DNA of 64,000 bases from Trichosphaerium sp. ATCC 40318. Its lineage: Eukaryota > Protista > Tubulinea. Under the pieces are notes generated by a model. It was not told where the DNA came from. It ran no database searches and was given only the letters and a program-made list of their open reading frames with translations. The position numbers and the translations under genes were made by a program. Each line of letters opens with the position of its first letter. Position 1 is the stretch's first letter. The stretch is from NCBI GenBank assembly GCA_038496445.1, contig JALMLS010000579.1, forward strand, positions 434,001-498,000, written 5' to 3'. This document shows positions 36,094 through 50,515 of this stretch, in pieces.

Positions 36094-37133
36094 ATGAACC
36101 AACCAAACTTTTCATCATGTGGCTTGTTGTTTGCAAAGGCATTCAGGTTAGTATTGTTCAACCCTTATACCCACTCTTACGGCTTTGTGACAAAACTATG
36201 TCACGTTTATCAATAGCATTTTATTTTGGGCAATAGTGCGATCAAAGTTCGCCACTTGGATTTCTTCTATTTCAAGCACTCCCACCTACAACGGATCCTC
36301 TACCTAGTATGAAGAATTATCTATTGCTTTGTAACTATAATGGTTTGCCTACATTACGCCATTGTCACGAACTTGTTTGGATATTTAAGCAGCGTTGCTT
36401 GTGCAGGTAATACCATTTTGCCAATGGGTATTTTTCTTGTTCTTATCATAATTTTACTTCTGTAGATAAATAAAAGCAGCCACTACCCTTTTTATAACTC
36501 CGGAAGATCTTATTGTAATAATAACGCAAGGGTACGTCCAAAGAAAAAACAACCTTTTTTCGAAGAGCATAATAGACGGGCCAAGTAAGAATAAACTAAG
36601 AACGTGATTTCTGATTTATGCTTCACGCAAAGGTGATTTTGGGAGGTTTGGCTAGAGAAGGTACTTATTGCTACAGCCTTGCTGTACCTTTGCTTTACAA
36701 CTTTTTTTTAAAGGTAGTTACGTAGTGCTTCACTCCCTAACATTGAAGCAATATGACTATGCAACGTAAAATACATTACTTACATACTAACTTAAATGCA
36801 GTGGAGCTGGGCAAGTGTGCCGCTAACTTATTCAAGGTGGATATGTTTACCGTGGTCCTGATGACAAAACCAAGCTTGACGAGCAATTTTAGAGTTATTG
36901 CAGTTGGTACGTAAATCTTAATCTATCTGCGTTCTCTTTCTTGTCCAAATAAAACAGGCCAATACAGAACTGCTAGATTATATATCCGTACAACGCAAAG
37001 ACCACAGCGCGTTGTATCACCAAGTAGTTTACTTCTCCTCCAGTTAGAGTCTCACCCTGGGCAAGGATCGTTGCCTGTTCTCAGACGATTTTTTCCCTAG
37101 ATGCAAATCGTTCTACTTTATCTCTCGCAATAA
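36094..37133 (+). pseudogene. Possible decayed multi-exon gene
   Basis: Several GT...AG intron-like segments flank exon-like blocks with in-frame stops (e.g. GAGQVCR*LIQGGYVYRGPDDKTKLDEQF*SYCSW); no family recognised. Confidence 0.3.
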
Positions 37134-37445
37134 AATCTTAGAAAAAATATTAACATTGTGACTGTCCTTAGCACGTATTTAATTTGTTGGTTTTGGTACA
37201 CATCTCCTTACCTTACACATCATTTGTTACACCACGCATTCAAGTGTAGTGTACACGTGTTCGAAGGTTTTAAACTTAAAAATCGTCCTTGAGCAGCATT
37301 GTGGTTTAGAAAATAACACCAACACTTTATGCGGTTGCTTAGCAGGTAACTAATGGTGTTTGGTGGCATTGAAGTGTATTTGTGTAAGTACGATCACATT
37401 TTTTTATGTTTCACTTAGCGACTCAATAGCCAACCAAAGCAACAA

Positions 37446-40400
37446 ATGAGTATCTCATTTCATCTCGCGTTGATAGTATTATGCTATGTAACTACTTCTT
37501 TTGCTTGTAATACTATCCCTATCCCAGCGAACGCCACAGGATCCTGCTGTGTTCCTTTTACCAGACAAGACGGCTTACCCGGTACTGGTTGTATAGATAC
37601 AACAAACGGTGAATGTACAGCACAAAACGGCGCATTCCAACTGGGTACCTAAAATTTTGTCCAGCGTTATTATAATCTGACCCTTTGATAATCAGGAACA
37701 ACATGTGCCCAAGGCGAATGCGGTAAGTATTAGGAGTTTCAGTTTTTCTATCAGGACGAAAACTTTAACTGGCTTTTTTTTTTATGAGCCCACGTGTTTA
37801 TTTTTTGTAGGCTCTTCCTGTCAGCGTGGTTTTTGCGTTGAATTCTTTTCTACTGGCGATAATTGTAACTTCTTGCCGGGATATGGTTGTGGTGATGCAC
37901 CGTTGGGCCAAGAGCTCGCAGATTGTCCAATGGGTACTTTAAAAGCCTTTTAAGATTGATTTTTTAACAAAGGCTAGTACTTGGCGCTTGCTGCAGTATG
38001 ACAGATGGTTGTAGGGATAGTGTACCTGCCTATAATTGTAGCTCTATAATGGATGGCGTGTTTATTCCAGGTTCGCATTAAAAACAAAACACGACTTGTC
38101 TTTTCCATCACGTGTCAAGAAACAACATTAATCTTATTGTTTCAGGTGGTACATGCGCTGAAGACTGCGGCGGGAATTGTTGTAATCCTATGGGTATGCT
38201 CGTACCAGGAGTCAACACAAGGTGTGGCTGTGGCAGAGATTCAGGTATTTCCGGCGAATACACCTTCTGCAGAGCCGGAGCAGACTGTACTACTGATATG
38301 GCTGATGGTGTTAACTGTTATACAATTGAACGAAGCTTTCAAGACCAAGCAAAAAAAGACGCAGAATTTGATGAAGAAGATGAAGAAGAGTTATACAGTA
38401 AGCGCGCTTTTCTAGGGGATTTGGGAATTGATCCTTCTGTGATGATATGTGCGTTTAAAGATTCAAGAAAAAAACCTGAAACTTAACCAAAAACAACTTT
38501 AGTTGGCAATCGCTACTGTATCCCAACGTTGACCTTCGCTCCAACTGCTGGTGAAACTTGCTCTTGTGGTATAGGATTCAGTGACTCCGCCGTCATGGTT
38601 AGTACACATAATATACAAAGCTCGTTGATAAGATACTAATCTCCTTTTTTTTTAAAAAGGTAAATGGTGTGGATATCTACTGCAATCTCGCGTCAGGAAT
38701 AGGTCCAGATTTTATGAACAGATTGCCTTTTGATTTTGGTCCAAGCGTTACATCAGCTAACGGGTTTGATGATACCAATTCTCCATTGAACCTCAATAAC
38801 TGGAACGGGTTTGCGGGTCCAGTAAGTTTTTTGAAACAGAAAAAAGATCACTTAGCTGAGTCTCTTTTAGTTTAGTGGAAATCCTGCTGCTATACCTGCC
38901 GATCAAACTGTATGGCTTTGTTTCGATTTGACCGTACCAGTCGGTACCCAAGGACCTGTACAAGTAGAAATTGGCGCAGGTTAGTTCAATTAACCCAGAA
39001 TGTTTTGTAACAGGTTTGCTTAGGTGCTGGTTTCCCAAATGGTGCTCCACAAACAACTGGCCCACATGCTGCTTCATTTTTCGCATCTTTGATCGCACCT
39101 ATTGTAATTACAGAAAATAATGACACAGTACGTTCACAAACTTCTAAATTTGAAAAATCACGGTTTTTTTTCCATTTCTTGAATAAGCTGCTAAAGGCTC
39201 ATTTAGGTCTTTATTATGAATATTACTTTATCTGATGGCATGACAACTATTGATCTTGAAGAGAATGATGTGATTCCTATCAGTGTATTCAGCGATATAA
39301 ACAACCTTTTCCTTGGCGCGCTTGTAGCAGTAAACGAAACGATTAGCAGCGTTTTCTTTTTAATCAATCGCCCTACTTTAGCAGATGTTTCGTACGTTCT
39401 ATATTTATCTAACTTAAAACTTATTAATCTACCAAAGTGTTACTGATCTCACTGATCCTTATGCCGTTGGACCTTTTGTGGGTGAACCTGGTACACTCTT
39501 AATTTTTTTAGCTTTTCTGGTTTTTTACCAAAGATTAGGTTCGTACAGTGCGAATATTAATATTCAATTATCGACTGGTACTATATTGCGTCTAGAAAAC
39601 TTTGCATTCGCGCTACAACAACAACCACAAGTTAGTGGTGATCCTCATTTCAAGGGACTCAAAGGACAAGTACGTAAAACCAACGCCTTTTCAAAAAAAC
39701 AAAAACTGTTTTACATTCTCAAAGTACCACGTGGTTTTAAACAAAAGTGGTTTTTAACAAAAGCATTCGAGATGTAGCTCGGAATCTAAAAATAATTAAA
39801 CAAGTATTTAATCTCATTGATTTTTTTCTCCTAGAAATACGATTTCCATGGTGTTCCAAATAAAATCTTCAAGTAAGTTCAAACGACCTCACGTGTTTGT
39901 TTAATAATTTTTACTATCCAGTTTGATCACAGATGATGCTGTAACTGTAAACGCTTTGTTCGTAGACGCTGATTTGAGACCTCAAAAGAACAAGACATAT
40001 ATTGGTGCACTTGGGTTTACTGTTTGTGATCCAAACGGAATATCATTGAAACTTGTCTTTAAATGTAACAGAGACAGTGAAAACACCAAGTCTATCTTGC
40101 TTAACGGTAAGGAAGTAGCAGAAGGATCATTCACCGATCTTGGTGTAGCTACAGTTGTACAGTACGTATAGTTGAGATACAACGAAGCGCTTTATTTCAA
40201 AACTTTACAAGGCTGGACTTTTTGTTTTGTAGTTTTCTTGCTGTTTATTGAATATTGTTCAGGACTGGTCTTAAAAATGGAAAGACACGTATTACCACTA
40301 AACACGGATACAAATTCTCAATGAGATTCTCTTCGAGCAGACACTCTACATGCCACATCAACTTTAAGGTAATAACTTAACAACATAAACTAACAACTTG

Positions 40401-40704
40401 CTAACTTTTTTAGACTTCGTACCAACCTATCCAAGGACATTCACTACCTCACGGTATGCGCTCTATTGATGCATAAAGTCTAACATACTTTATAGGAGTT
40501 TTGGGACAAACTGCTGGTCTACCAAGTAATCTTGTTGGTGATGACATGAACAGTCCAAATATTGTCGAAGGAAATGTTGAAGATTACATTGTTCAAGAAG
40601 GAGACTTGTTTGGAACTACTTTTAAGTTCAACAAGTATACCGAAGGTAAATGTCCATCTACAATCGAGATCGAAGATGCGTCATTATCAGGAATGGCTGA
40701 GTAA
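37446..40704 (+). CDS. Secreted Cys-rich protein with C-terminal VWD/root-cap-like GDPH domain, multi-exon
   Basis: Signal peptide MSISFHLALIVLCYVTTSFA; G(S/A/N)CC repeats; acidic patch ending SKR; VSGDPHFKGLKGQKYDFHG...NLITD...HINF...PHGVLGQT. Confidence 0.75.
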
Positions 40705-41124
40705 TTAAGAAACAAGAAGGGAACACAAGAGCCATCAATTGTTTCGCTTGTTTTTATGTAGTACTGTTTGTTTGAAAAAAAATTAAAACAGTTTGTTTTT
40801 CTTTCGTCGTCTTGTCCAAGTAATGCAAAGATGGATTTAACAAGCAACGCGCTTTATTTGCTTACGTCGAGTGCTTTCGCCTACGCGAACTTTTCGGTTT
40901 ACGTTTAACAGAAATCACGTGCGAAAAACTTTGTCTGCTACTATATTCTTCTATGCACTATTATTGTCCGTAGTTACCCTTGTACTATAAAAAAACAGTA
41001 TGATAAATGCAACACAAAAGTGCCTTCTGTTACATGAACATTTTGAAGTAATTCGACGAACGCTAGCCCGAAGGCCATATTATAAACATACGTATTAACT
41101 TAAAGTTAAAACCAATCTTACAAA

Positions 41125-41971
41125 TGACGCACGAAACAAGCTGAAGAGAGGACTGTAAAATCAGATAATTGCAATGTATTATTACACCTTCCACATGAGA
41201 TTCAGCTTGATATTATCGATCTAGACACATCAGTGTATTTACTTTGGCCACTTCTTTCTAAACAAGCAGCAATGACCACAAGGTTTGACCATGAGATGAA
41301 AAAGCATGGGAAATGGCAAAGAAGAGATGTCAGTAAAGTTATAGTTCGCCAAGGGTTTTGGAAACATGCTATGAAACATGGAGAGTTCAAGCGATGGTAT
41401 GAAAACGGGTGCTTGGCGGATCACAAGAAATACATCAATGGCAAGCGAGAAGGAGATTCCAAGTATTGGTATGACAAAGGACAATTGAGGGAGCAGCGTG
41501 CATATGTCAACGGTAAACGACATGGCGAGAATAAACATTGGCATAAAAGTGGCCAATTGGGCGTGCTCCGAAGCTATGTTAATGATTTACAAGAAGGAAA
41601 GAATAAGGCATGGCATAAAAATGGCATATTGGCGCTTGAGTGTAATTATGTTAATGATAAGATTGAAGGAGAGAGCAAGAGTTGGTATGATAATGGTCAA
41701 ATGTCGAAGCAGTGTACTTTTGTAGGTGGTAACATTCACGGAGAGAGTAAAAGTTGGTATGATAATGGTCAGCTATGGGAGTGCATTCATTGGACAAATG
41801 GTAAGCGTCACGGAGAGTACAAGAGTTGGTATACCAATGGGCAACTATGTAACTTTTGGAATTTTGCCAAAGGTGAACTAGAAGGAGAGTGCAAGGCTTG
41901 GAGTAACAATGGTGAATTGTTACAACATCGCATATACTGACGGTGAATTAATCAAAGAACCGATATTTTAA
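41125..41971 (+). CDS. F-box-like + MORN-variant repeat paralog, possibly degenerating
   Basis: LLHLPHEIQLDII...YLLWPLLSKQ aligns with the 33810-35886 paralog; about 8 MORN-variant units; no in-frame ATG found upstream of the F-box; tail DGELIKEPIF* is shifted by one base after HRIY. Confidence 0.7.
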
Positions 41972-42611
41972 CAATGACACGAATTGTCAGGTCTGTTGTA
42001 GTAAAGTTAGTCAGATTCTCTTGTTTGTTCGTTCATTCTCAGGAAAACTAAAGGAGAAGACTTGTTCAGAAACAAATCAAATATTTCTCTTTAGAGAAAG
42101 AAAAATCTTGTGTGAACTGATGGCTTTTGGGTTTACCCATTCAACATTCCAAAATGCTGTCAGTTTACAATAAGTTTCGCATAAAGTTCACCTCGCTCCG
42201 ACAGCGCGAGCGTTAATATGGTTTTGGTGTAGTCGTTTATATTGTGCGACAAAAGAGAGCTGCAACAAAGCAAAACGGATAGAGCGGACAATATGCCCGT
42301 TGTTTGAGTTAGTACACATGGTACAAGACGAATACGTATATGGGGACAAAATAAACGCCGGTACGTTACTAAACGACCTTGATACATTTGTGTAGGCCTC
42401 TTCTTGTTGTTCCTCGCGTTGTGTAACAAAAGGCCAAATATTTGTCCGAGAATGCTGGAAGGATACTGAAACCGCTATAGCGCCCTACCCAATAATTCTT
42501 TTCCCGGTTGAGTAAACTGTGTTCCAACAATAAAAAAAAGTAACTTAATCGCGTGTTTACCCCAAAGTTTTTTCATTATTTTCAAACCCAACAGACACAA
42601 CAACAACAAAA

Positions 42612-44196
42612 ATGGCTGGAGCAATGCTTAAACATCCTGAACGTAAGAGTGGACTCAGTGAGTACCGCCTACTAGGCAAATCAGGTATGACATGAAAAGG
42701 TACAGCTTTTTTCTTAACTTACACTTCAGGTCTTCGCGTATCGCCTCTTTGCTTGGGTACAATGACATGGGGACAAAATTGGAAAGCTTTCGGTACGTTT
42801 TTCTCTTAGCTTAACCTGATTGATAAATAACGACTTGAAGGTATCCACATGGACAAAGAAGAAGCCAAGAAGGTTTTTACCCATTTCGTTGCTGAAGGTG
42901 GTAATTTCTTTGATACCGCAGTCAATTACCAAAACGGACAATCCGAAGAGTGGTTGGGTGAGTTTATGGAAGAAGCTGGTAACCGCGAAGAGGTATGCAT
43001 TGACGATAAAAAAACTGTATTGTATTTTAAAAAACCGTAAAAACTGCCATTGTATTCATGCGAAAGTTGAAGACTCATTTTCGTATTATAGCTCGTCATT
43101 GCCACTAAGTTTAGTGGCCCAAATCTTGGTACTCCTATGAATATTAACTTCGCTGGTAATGGGCTCAAGAATATGATGTATTCAGTAGACCTATCGTTGA
43201 AGAGATTGAAAACAACATACATTGTACGTCAAACTACACCTTTTTAAAACATTCACGTGCTAATATTTGTAAGGATCTTCTATATGTACATGTATGGGAC
43301 TACACTACACCTATCGAAGAAGTGATGCGTGGTTTGGATACTTTGGTAAGTAATAAATAATACAAAAATAGATAGAAATTTGTGAATTGTTGTATGTTAA
43401 TTAACAAACTTTCAATGTAGGTTCGCTCTGGTAAAGTTCGATACATTGCGATCTCTGATACACCAGCTTGGGTTGTTTCTTATGCTCAAGCAATCGCTGA
43501 TAAATATGGATGGACGTACGTGTGCTCTTGAGTGTTTTATACCAGTCTTCTGTTTACGACGTTTTGATTTTCTGTTAGCAAGTTTATCGCCTATCAAGGC
43601 CGCTACAACGTTGGTGATAGAGATTTCGAAGCTGATGTAATACCTATGTCCCTCCAAATGGGTCTTGGTGGAGTACCATGGGCAGTTCTTGGTGGAGGAA
43701 AGTTTACTGGAAGATTTTTGCGTGGACAAGAGGTATGTCTTTGCAATAGTCAGAGAAAAATGTACTAAGGTATCTTAAAGGCAGGAGAAGGTCAAAGAAT
43801 GGTTCAAATGAGTGAAAAGGACTACGACATTGCTGATGAACTTGTCAAAATCTCAAAAGAACTTGGATGTACTCCTTCTCAAGTTTCATTGAACTGGGCA
43901 CTTCAACAACGTGGTATCACATCCGCTCTTGTTGGTATTTCAAAAGTTCGTCATTTGAAGGATAACATTGGTGCTTTGGAGAGTAAATTCAGACTCACTA
44001 AAGGTAACGTTTTTATCTCTTTTTGACAGAAGACTTTGGAACTAACACGTGATTTTTACTATGAATAGATCACATGGAACGTTTGGCTAAGGTTGTTGAC
44101 TACAAAGTACCTTTCCCACATAGCATGTTGGGTGGCACTAAAACAAGTGAAATCTATTGGATTAAACCTGCTGGCAAGATTGTTGACGACTATTAA
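42612..44196 (+). CDS. Aldo-keto reductase (aryl-alcohol dehydrogenase/AKR9-like), multi-exon
   Basis: YRLLGKSGLRVSPLCLGTMTWG, GGNFFDTAVNYQNGQSEEWLG, IATKF, DLLYVHVWD (D-Y-K-H tetrad), GKVRYIAISD, PSQVSLNW. Confidence 0.92.
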
Positions 44197-44815
44197 TTAG
44201 TGTCTAGACACTAAATAAAACGACCAGTTAAATGTATGGAATGGGCAACAGGCTATGACATAGAATGCAAGTGTAAATCAACACAAGTTCCTATACTTCT
44301 TTTAGAGCGATGTCGTGAACAATAAAGCATTTATCTGCCACGTACTTGTTTACCTAAAAATAAGGCTTCTGTTAACAGACTTCCAAAGGTAAAATTCTTT
44401 CCTAGGCTGCAAATACTAAGTTAAGTCTGGTAAACCTGTATGCCAGCAAAAGACATACCAATTCATTTAAATAATTTTCATCGTGTCTTGTCACGTGACT
44501 ATTTTTATAAACGCGTGCTGAATTTTCCACGTAGGAGCGGTAGTGGTATAACAACAACTGATGGGGTTAAAATAACATCACCATGTATTATCCCTTTTTT
44601 TTTAGAAGTGAGTTTTCTACACTCATAGGTAATAAAATTTCATAACAGCTGCACTCAAGTACAAAATAAATGAAGGCATCATGATGCGCTCATCTTAGAT
44701 TATTTCATAGACAACTAAAGCGTTACATAACCCAAATTTAATAGAAAGAGCGCTTTCGTTACTGTAGTGACATTTTGAGCAGCTGGCTTGATGATTGTAG
44801 TTTGTATTATTACAA

Positions 44816-47800
44816 TCAAGCTGATTGTATCTTAATGTAGTTAGCACTCTTCCCACTCTCTTTTGCTTTATATGTAAGGAATAAGCCTCTTATTTGGTGT
44901 ACCCAATTATCTCGTTCCTCCTAAAAGTATTCCGTTCAGGAGCTGAAAAAAGAAGAAAAACTTTTTTATCATACCTGAGAATCAGCAACAAGAACGATTT
45001 GCTCGTTTTCCTGCAACTTCTGCCCTTCCTTCTTCTTTTCTTTATAAATAAGCTTGAATTTTGTTACAGGTTCCATGTCAGAAGCTACCAAATGATTAAG
45101 TTAACAACAAATACAAATAAATTAAAAATTGGTTTCTTACCATCTCGATCTCTTGGCAAGTTTACAATGTGAACAAGATCCTTCATGTGGATCTCAAGTT
45201 CGAATTTATATACTCTCTTACCAAATAAGCCTTGTTTCTTCATTGAACCTGTGAAACAGAGTGTTAGTACTAACACAAAGCGTAAAGCGATTTCAACATA
45301 AAAAAGCATGAAAAAAAGAAACCTCCCACCGCTTGGTATGTGTTGACAACAAGACGAAAGAGAATATGTTTATGCAAGAGATATCAAAGGAAGTAAATAA
45401 TAGATGACGTACAAATTACAATCAAGTCTGATAGTAGATAGACAAACACGTATCCTGAACCGTCAATAGTATGATGAACAATGAAGGATTTTGAGTTGAT
45501 GTACTGTCTTCCTTTTTGAGGAAGAACATCAGGATAACCAACAATCTTTTCTCGTATTTCCATGAGCTTTGTAATACGTGCGGCTTCGACTTTTGCTTCA
45601 TTCAAAAAGTTGTCCAGTTCTTAATATATTCTTACTTTTTTCAACTATTTTTCTTTTTCTTTTCTGTAAACAACTTACCTATCATTGCGTCTAAAGCTTT
45701 TGATACCATAGGATAATCTGTGTGATGTCTTGGTGTATATTTGAGGAGTTGACTCAAAAATTGAGTATACCTAACGACAAAAATCTTAGTAGAAAGAAAT
45801 AACAAAAAACCGAAATTAAATTTCTTCAAATGATCATTCTTCTCCATCCCCTTTGTGCGAATTTCATAATTTGTGATGTTAAAATACATCCTGAATGTCT
45901 AAGACATTATATGGGCATAGGATAAAGAACAGCGATCAATTGAAGAACTTGAGTTGACATTCTCTCTTTTTTTTCTTACTTTTTAGTTCGTTCCATCGGT
46001 TGATACAAGTAAAACTGTAAACCTTCCATAAAATCACGATCTGATGTAACTTCTTGTATAAATGATTTAAAATTACGTCGTTTAATACAACGAGAATAAG
46101 TTAACATTGCTTTTTGATAATTCTGTATGTAAGGACTGTACAACTAAAAAAAGAGGGAAAAAAGTCAGCCAAAGAAAAAGGGAAACATTTAATCGTCTTA
46201 TTCTTCTATTAACACGTGCCTTGAGTTTTTGAGACTTTGTTGAAACAAAAGGGTCAGTAGTGTGTTGGTTAAATAAATATTGAAAATTAGCGTACCAGTT
46301 CCAAGAAGATTTTACCGAGTTCTGTCTTCCAACTCCATTTTGTAACTTTTTCTTCTATAGATTTCAAGAATTGCTGATGAATGGCGTGTATGACATCAAG
46401 ATGCGAAAAAATATCCATTATCTCTTCTCGAGAAAGTATAGGTCTCTTAGTTTCAAGGGCTTTCCTCAAAGGAAGCAGAAACACCTTTCAAAAAAAGTAG
46501 GTGTTAAAGCGAGAAAGAAGTAAGAAAATATTAATTGATCCTAACAGGAAAACTTACAGAGGTTGCCAAAGCAATGTTTCCAAAATAAAACTGTTCTGAT
46601 TGTAACATCTCACATAAAGTTCTATTTCTTCTTGCGTGCATAGACTCTAGATTTGTGAAAAAAGTCAAACAAGATAGTCAAAGTGATAAACAAAACATAC
46701 GGTCTGCAATGCGCTTATTTTTTTTTGGATGAGTTCTTCTGCTTGTTTTGGGTGCACCAACATCCCTCTTTGACGCCTTTTGGTATAGTCAACATGAGCA
46801 AAACTCACAATTATAAATTAGAATCATCAACACATACCTTTCTGGAGCGCTTAGGTGACTCAACAGCATCAACAATATTTCTCCTAAATCAAATAAACAA
46901 CGTTACAAAAAACTTTGTTTACTGCCATACCTTGTCGATATACGTGGTAGTATCTTTGGAGGTGTTGTTTTACGTCTTTTTGGTGACATTGGAGGCGATA
47001 ACATCTGTTCTTCTGGAGTTGCGCTATCCAAGTCATCCAAAAGTTGTTGGAGCTTTTGGGTATCTGTTTCTGGAGCATGACTTTTACCACTTGGAGAATC
47101 AATCTTTGATTGTTGTTAGCGACTGTTGTTGGTGTAGAAGGCTTACCTTTGATAGCAGCGATTTTAGGGACTCTGTTGTAGGTTCTTCTTGTTTCTTTGG
47201 TTTTTCAGGTATTTCTGGAGGTTCTTTCTTTTTTGGTCTCAAACTATCTGGACTTGGAGGAGAACCAGTGAAAGTATATTTTCTAATGACTCGCGGTTTT
47301 CTTCCTTTTCTGGGAGACACTATAAACGGTCAATAAAGATAACGCAACCCTGAAGTTATGCTAAAGGACGTACATCTTTCTTCTGATCTGTCATGTTCTG
47401 TCTGACCAGCACCTGGCTCTAGACCATGTTTCGGCTTTTCTGGAACAGGCGGAGCCATTTTAGGTACTGGTTCTCCTTTTCCTGTTCTTTCACGTGTATG
47501 CGCCTTCTCAATCTTTAATTTAGTGTGTATCATCTTTGGTGGTTTATCTGTTTTCTCCCTGCTCCTCTTTGTTAGAGGTGAACCCTCAGGTACATTAAAC
47601 TTTGCTAAGCGTTCTTTAAGTCTTTCCATGTCCATTCTTGGAGGAGTTCTTTTTGGCTCTGGTGAGCGGATGCGAGTCTTTGGATCGCGGTCAGAGGGCT
47701 CTTTTATGGCTCTTTTCCTTATACGTTCAGGAGAAGTTGTTGATCTTCTTGGTTCTGGTTCGAATCTATCAACTTTTGTTTTAGGTCTTTTTTCTGATTT

Positions 47801-50515
47801 TCTTCTTGCTTTTTTATCTGTCCTCTTTGCTGATTTTCTTCGAGCTGATTTACGCCTTTTAATTCGCTTCGGTGTTGAAACTGTTACATCACTTACTGTA
47901 CTTTCTCCCTAAGTAATAAATTCAGCGAAAGGTACCCAAAAAATGCTACAACAAAGAGTTGAATGCAACTGTTTTTTCGACTAACCTCTATTTCTGTGCG
48001 TTCTGCCACCTGCGGTGATGTAGGAGCTGATATATCATGACCATCGCTCTTCCCTGAACTTGCAGAGAGTTTATCAGAGCTATAATCAATGTGTTAATAG
48101 CTATAGAATCAGATAAGATAAACATACCTTGTGCTTCTTGAACTAAGGTTGGAATTGCTCTTTTCTATTTTTTTGGGAGGAGTTTTCTCCTCTGGTTTCT
48201 CTGCTTTTTTTACTGGTTTCTCTGGAGTAAATCTCTTGAATCTATCTTTGATATCATGAGCAAGATCAATAACAGGTGCTGCTAAGTCCTTTGGGGATGT
48301 TCGGTGTCTAAAGAAAGAATGTCTTGAAGACTTTTGTTTTCCCAAATGTTGCAAGTCTTCAATCAAATCGTCAATATTTCCGACTTGTAACTCCTCTTTA
48401 GAATCTTTTCTTGTTGCTCCTTTATTCCTTGCTATTATATCTATAAAATACAAGTATTAAATAAATGTCAACGAAGGAGGATAACAAGAAAAATACCATC
48501 AATGAGATTTTGCATTTCGTCCAAAGTGTCATCTGATTCTTCTTCTTCCACTTGATCGCCATCTCCTTCACCACTTATAAAAATCTTTAGTAAAACTTCT
48601 TGTTGTTTATCGTTCACCTTTCGCTTTCTTCATCATTAAAGTACGCATCAAATTGAGACTCTTCACTCTCGTCAATCGGGAAAAACAAGTTTTGACTGGC
48701 AACTGAAATACTATCTACATAAAAAGTCACTTTTTACTTCCATCCTTTAGTCAGCATACCCTTGACTTCTTCGTCCCCATCCTCAATATTGTCGAGTATG
48801 TGTTGCAGTACTTCTGCAGCACCATGTACTTTGAGAAGTTTTCTACTGAAGGCTGGAGAACAAAAAAGTTACAAACACAACTCCTTACCAATAAAATTTT
48901 GTCACGCACAGTCGAAGCAAATATTAATCACGAATCTAAGACTGTGGGTCCTAAGTTCAATGTCTCGTGATTTACATAAAGCGAGTATGGGTTCTACCCA
49001 TCCAAAATGACGTATAGCAATACGTATTGTTTCTAAAGGAGAAGATCAACAAATGTTACTTTTTTACAAACCGAAAAAAACAGCCCTCGATTCGTTTGAC
49101 TAGACGGCGTACCATTGATTGATACATTCGCCAAGAACATTACAGCACCTTGTTGGAGCTTGTTTGATTCAGAAGAGAGTAAATCAATAACAGGAATGAA
49201 GGCACCAGACCGAAGAATAGGAATTTCGTTTGCATCTGATAAATGTACAATAAGAAGAAAAAGTTCACTTCAAACAATTACTAAAAAACGCACCACAAAC
49301 AGATAAATTAATAAGCGTCTTCAGAGCCAAAGAACTAATCAAAACGCATAAGTACAAGATCAGACAGATTTCACGTGTTACCTTGCTTTATCCTCTCGTT
49401 GGTCAAATAAGCTTACTATATAAGGCAAAGCACCTTTTTCAACGACTGCTTTTCTGAGCTCGTCTGTATGAATCGATGAGAAAAAAATAGAAATTCTACT
49501 CTTATACCTAATCCAGATCCAAGCAAATAAATGATATTCATCGCTGTCTTTTTAAGCACTTCATCAGAAGACCGTAGTAACTTAACAAGAGCCTCTGTAT
49601 TCTAGTAAATAAAGTAAATTGATACTTAATTTCTTACCAAGAGCTCCTGGAATCAAGAATACAATATGAGTGCGTCCTGTATCAATTTAGTTCAACGTAA
49701 TCAATAGGGCAAGTTTTTCTTACTTTGATGTAATAAATTGCTAAGAGGTTTTAATGTTCCTCTCTTAACCTTATCTCCATCCACGTGAATTAAAAGCTGA
49801 ACAAGTACTTTTGGTATCTTTCTATTAATCATATCTGCGCGACCTTCTTTAGTCAATGACAAGTTCGTCAACGCCCTGAAAAGAAAGTTATTAGCAACAG
49901 CTGTAGGAAGGAATATCACGTGCCATAGACTCTTTTCTAAAACGTCATCAGGACTTGAAGAGCTTAATATAGCAGGAAAATTTTCTAAAACACCAGCTTC
50001 TGCAAATTTATGAGAGACGCCAGGGAATCTTCCCATATTTGAAACAAGCCAACACTACAACACGAGTTGTTGTCAAGATATAAGCTTTTTACAAAAATAG
50101 TTTTGTGAATATCTTACCGTTAACATCACTACAACCTAAATACATGAATAAGTAATAAATCACGTGTTTTGCTTGCGAAAAAATTCAACGCGACAAAAGT
50201 TTTGGTTGAAAAAAAGATAACTCACTGGATTCTGGTGGTATGTCAGTTTTACGAGCGCTTCGACGCTATTTGGCGCCTCCATTATCGTTTCCACATACGG
50301 TTCTGTAATTTATTAGTTAAATTCGCATTAAACGCACGCGCAGCTATGGTACGATCACGTGCTCTATGATTTAATTTGGGGCTTTTTCAGTTTCTAAACG
50401 TACGATGTAATGTGGCGTTAATAAGACCGCGAAGGGCCTCTTCCAAAGTATCAGAGTCATCAGTTTGAAGATTACTCAGAGCGCGTAATATCTCATGCTT
50501 AGTTTTATGTGCCAT
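44816..50515 (-). CDS. Armadillo repeats + long Pro/Lys-rich linker + RhoGEF (DH) + PH protein (GxcC-like architecture), multi-exon
   Basis: ARM exons (ALTNLSL, VVEKGALPFIVSL, ALKTLINL); DH: EMLQSEQFY, VFLLPLR...DIFSHLDVIHAIHQQFL, LSQLLKYTPRHHTDY...NEAK; PH: YVFVYLLSDLIVIC, EERDNWVHQI. Confidence 0.85.

Noticed and set aside
10637-37133. Stop-codon reassignment (TAG as sense), suggested by in-frame TAGs at 11255, 32806 and ~36885
   Set aside because: Conserved genes end at TAG where homologs end (aldolase/SDR ...AAPR*), and long conserved exons contain no internal TAG; pseudogenisation or introns explain the cases.
31426-41971. Intact endogenous giant virus or prophage
   Set aside because: No capsid, polymerase, packaging ATPase or integrase genes; intron-rich host genes are interleaved.
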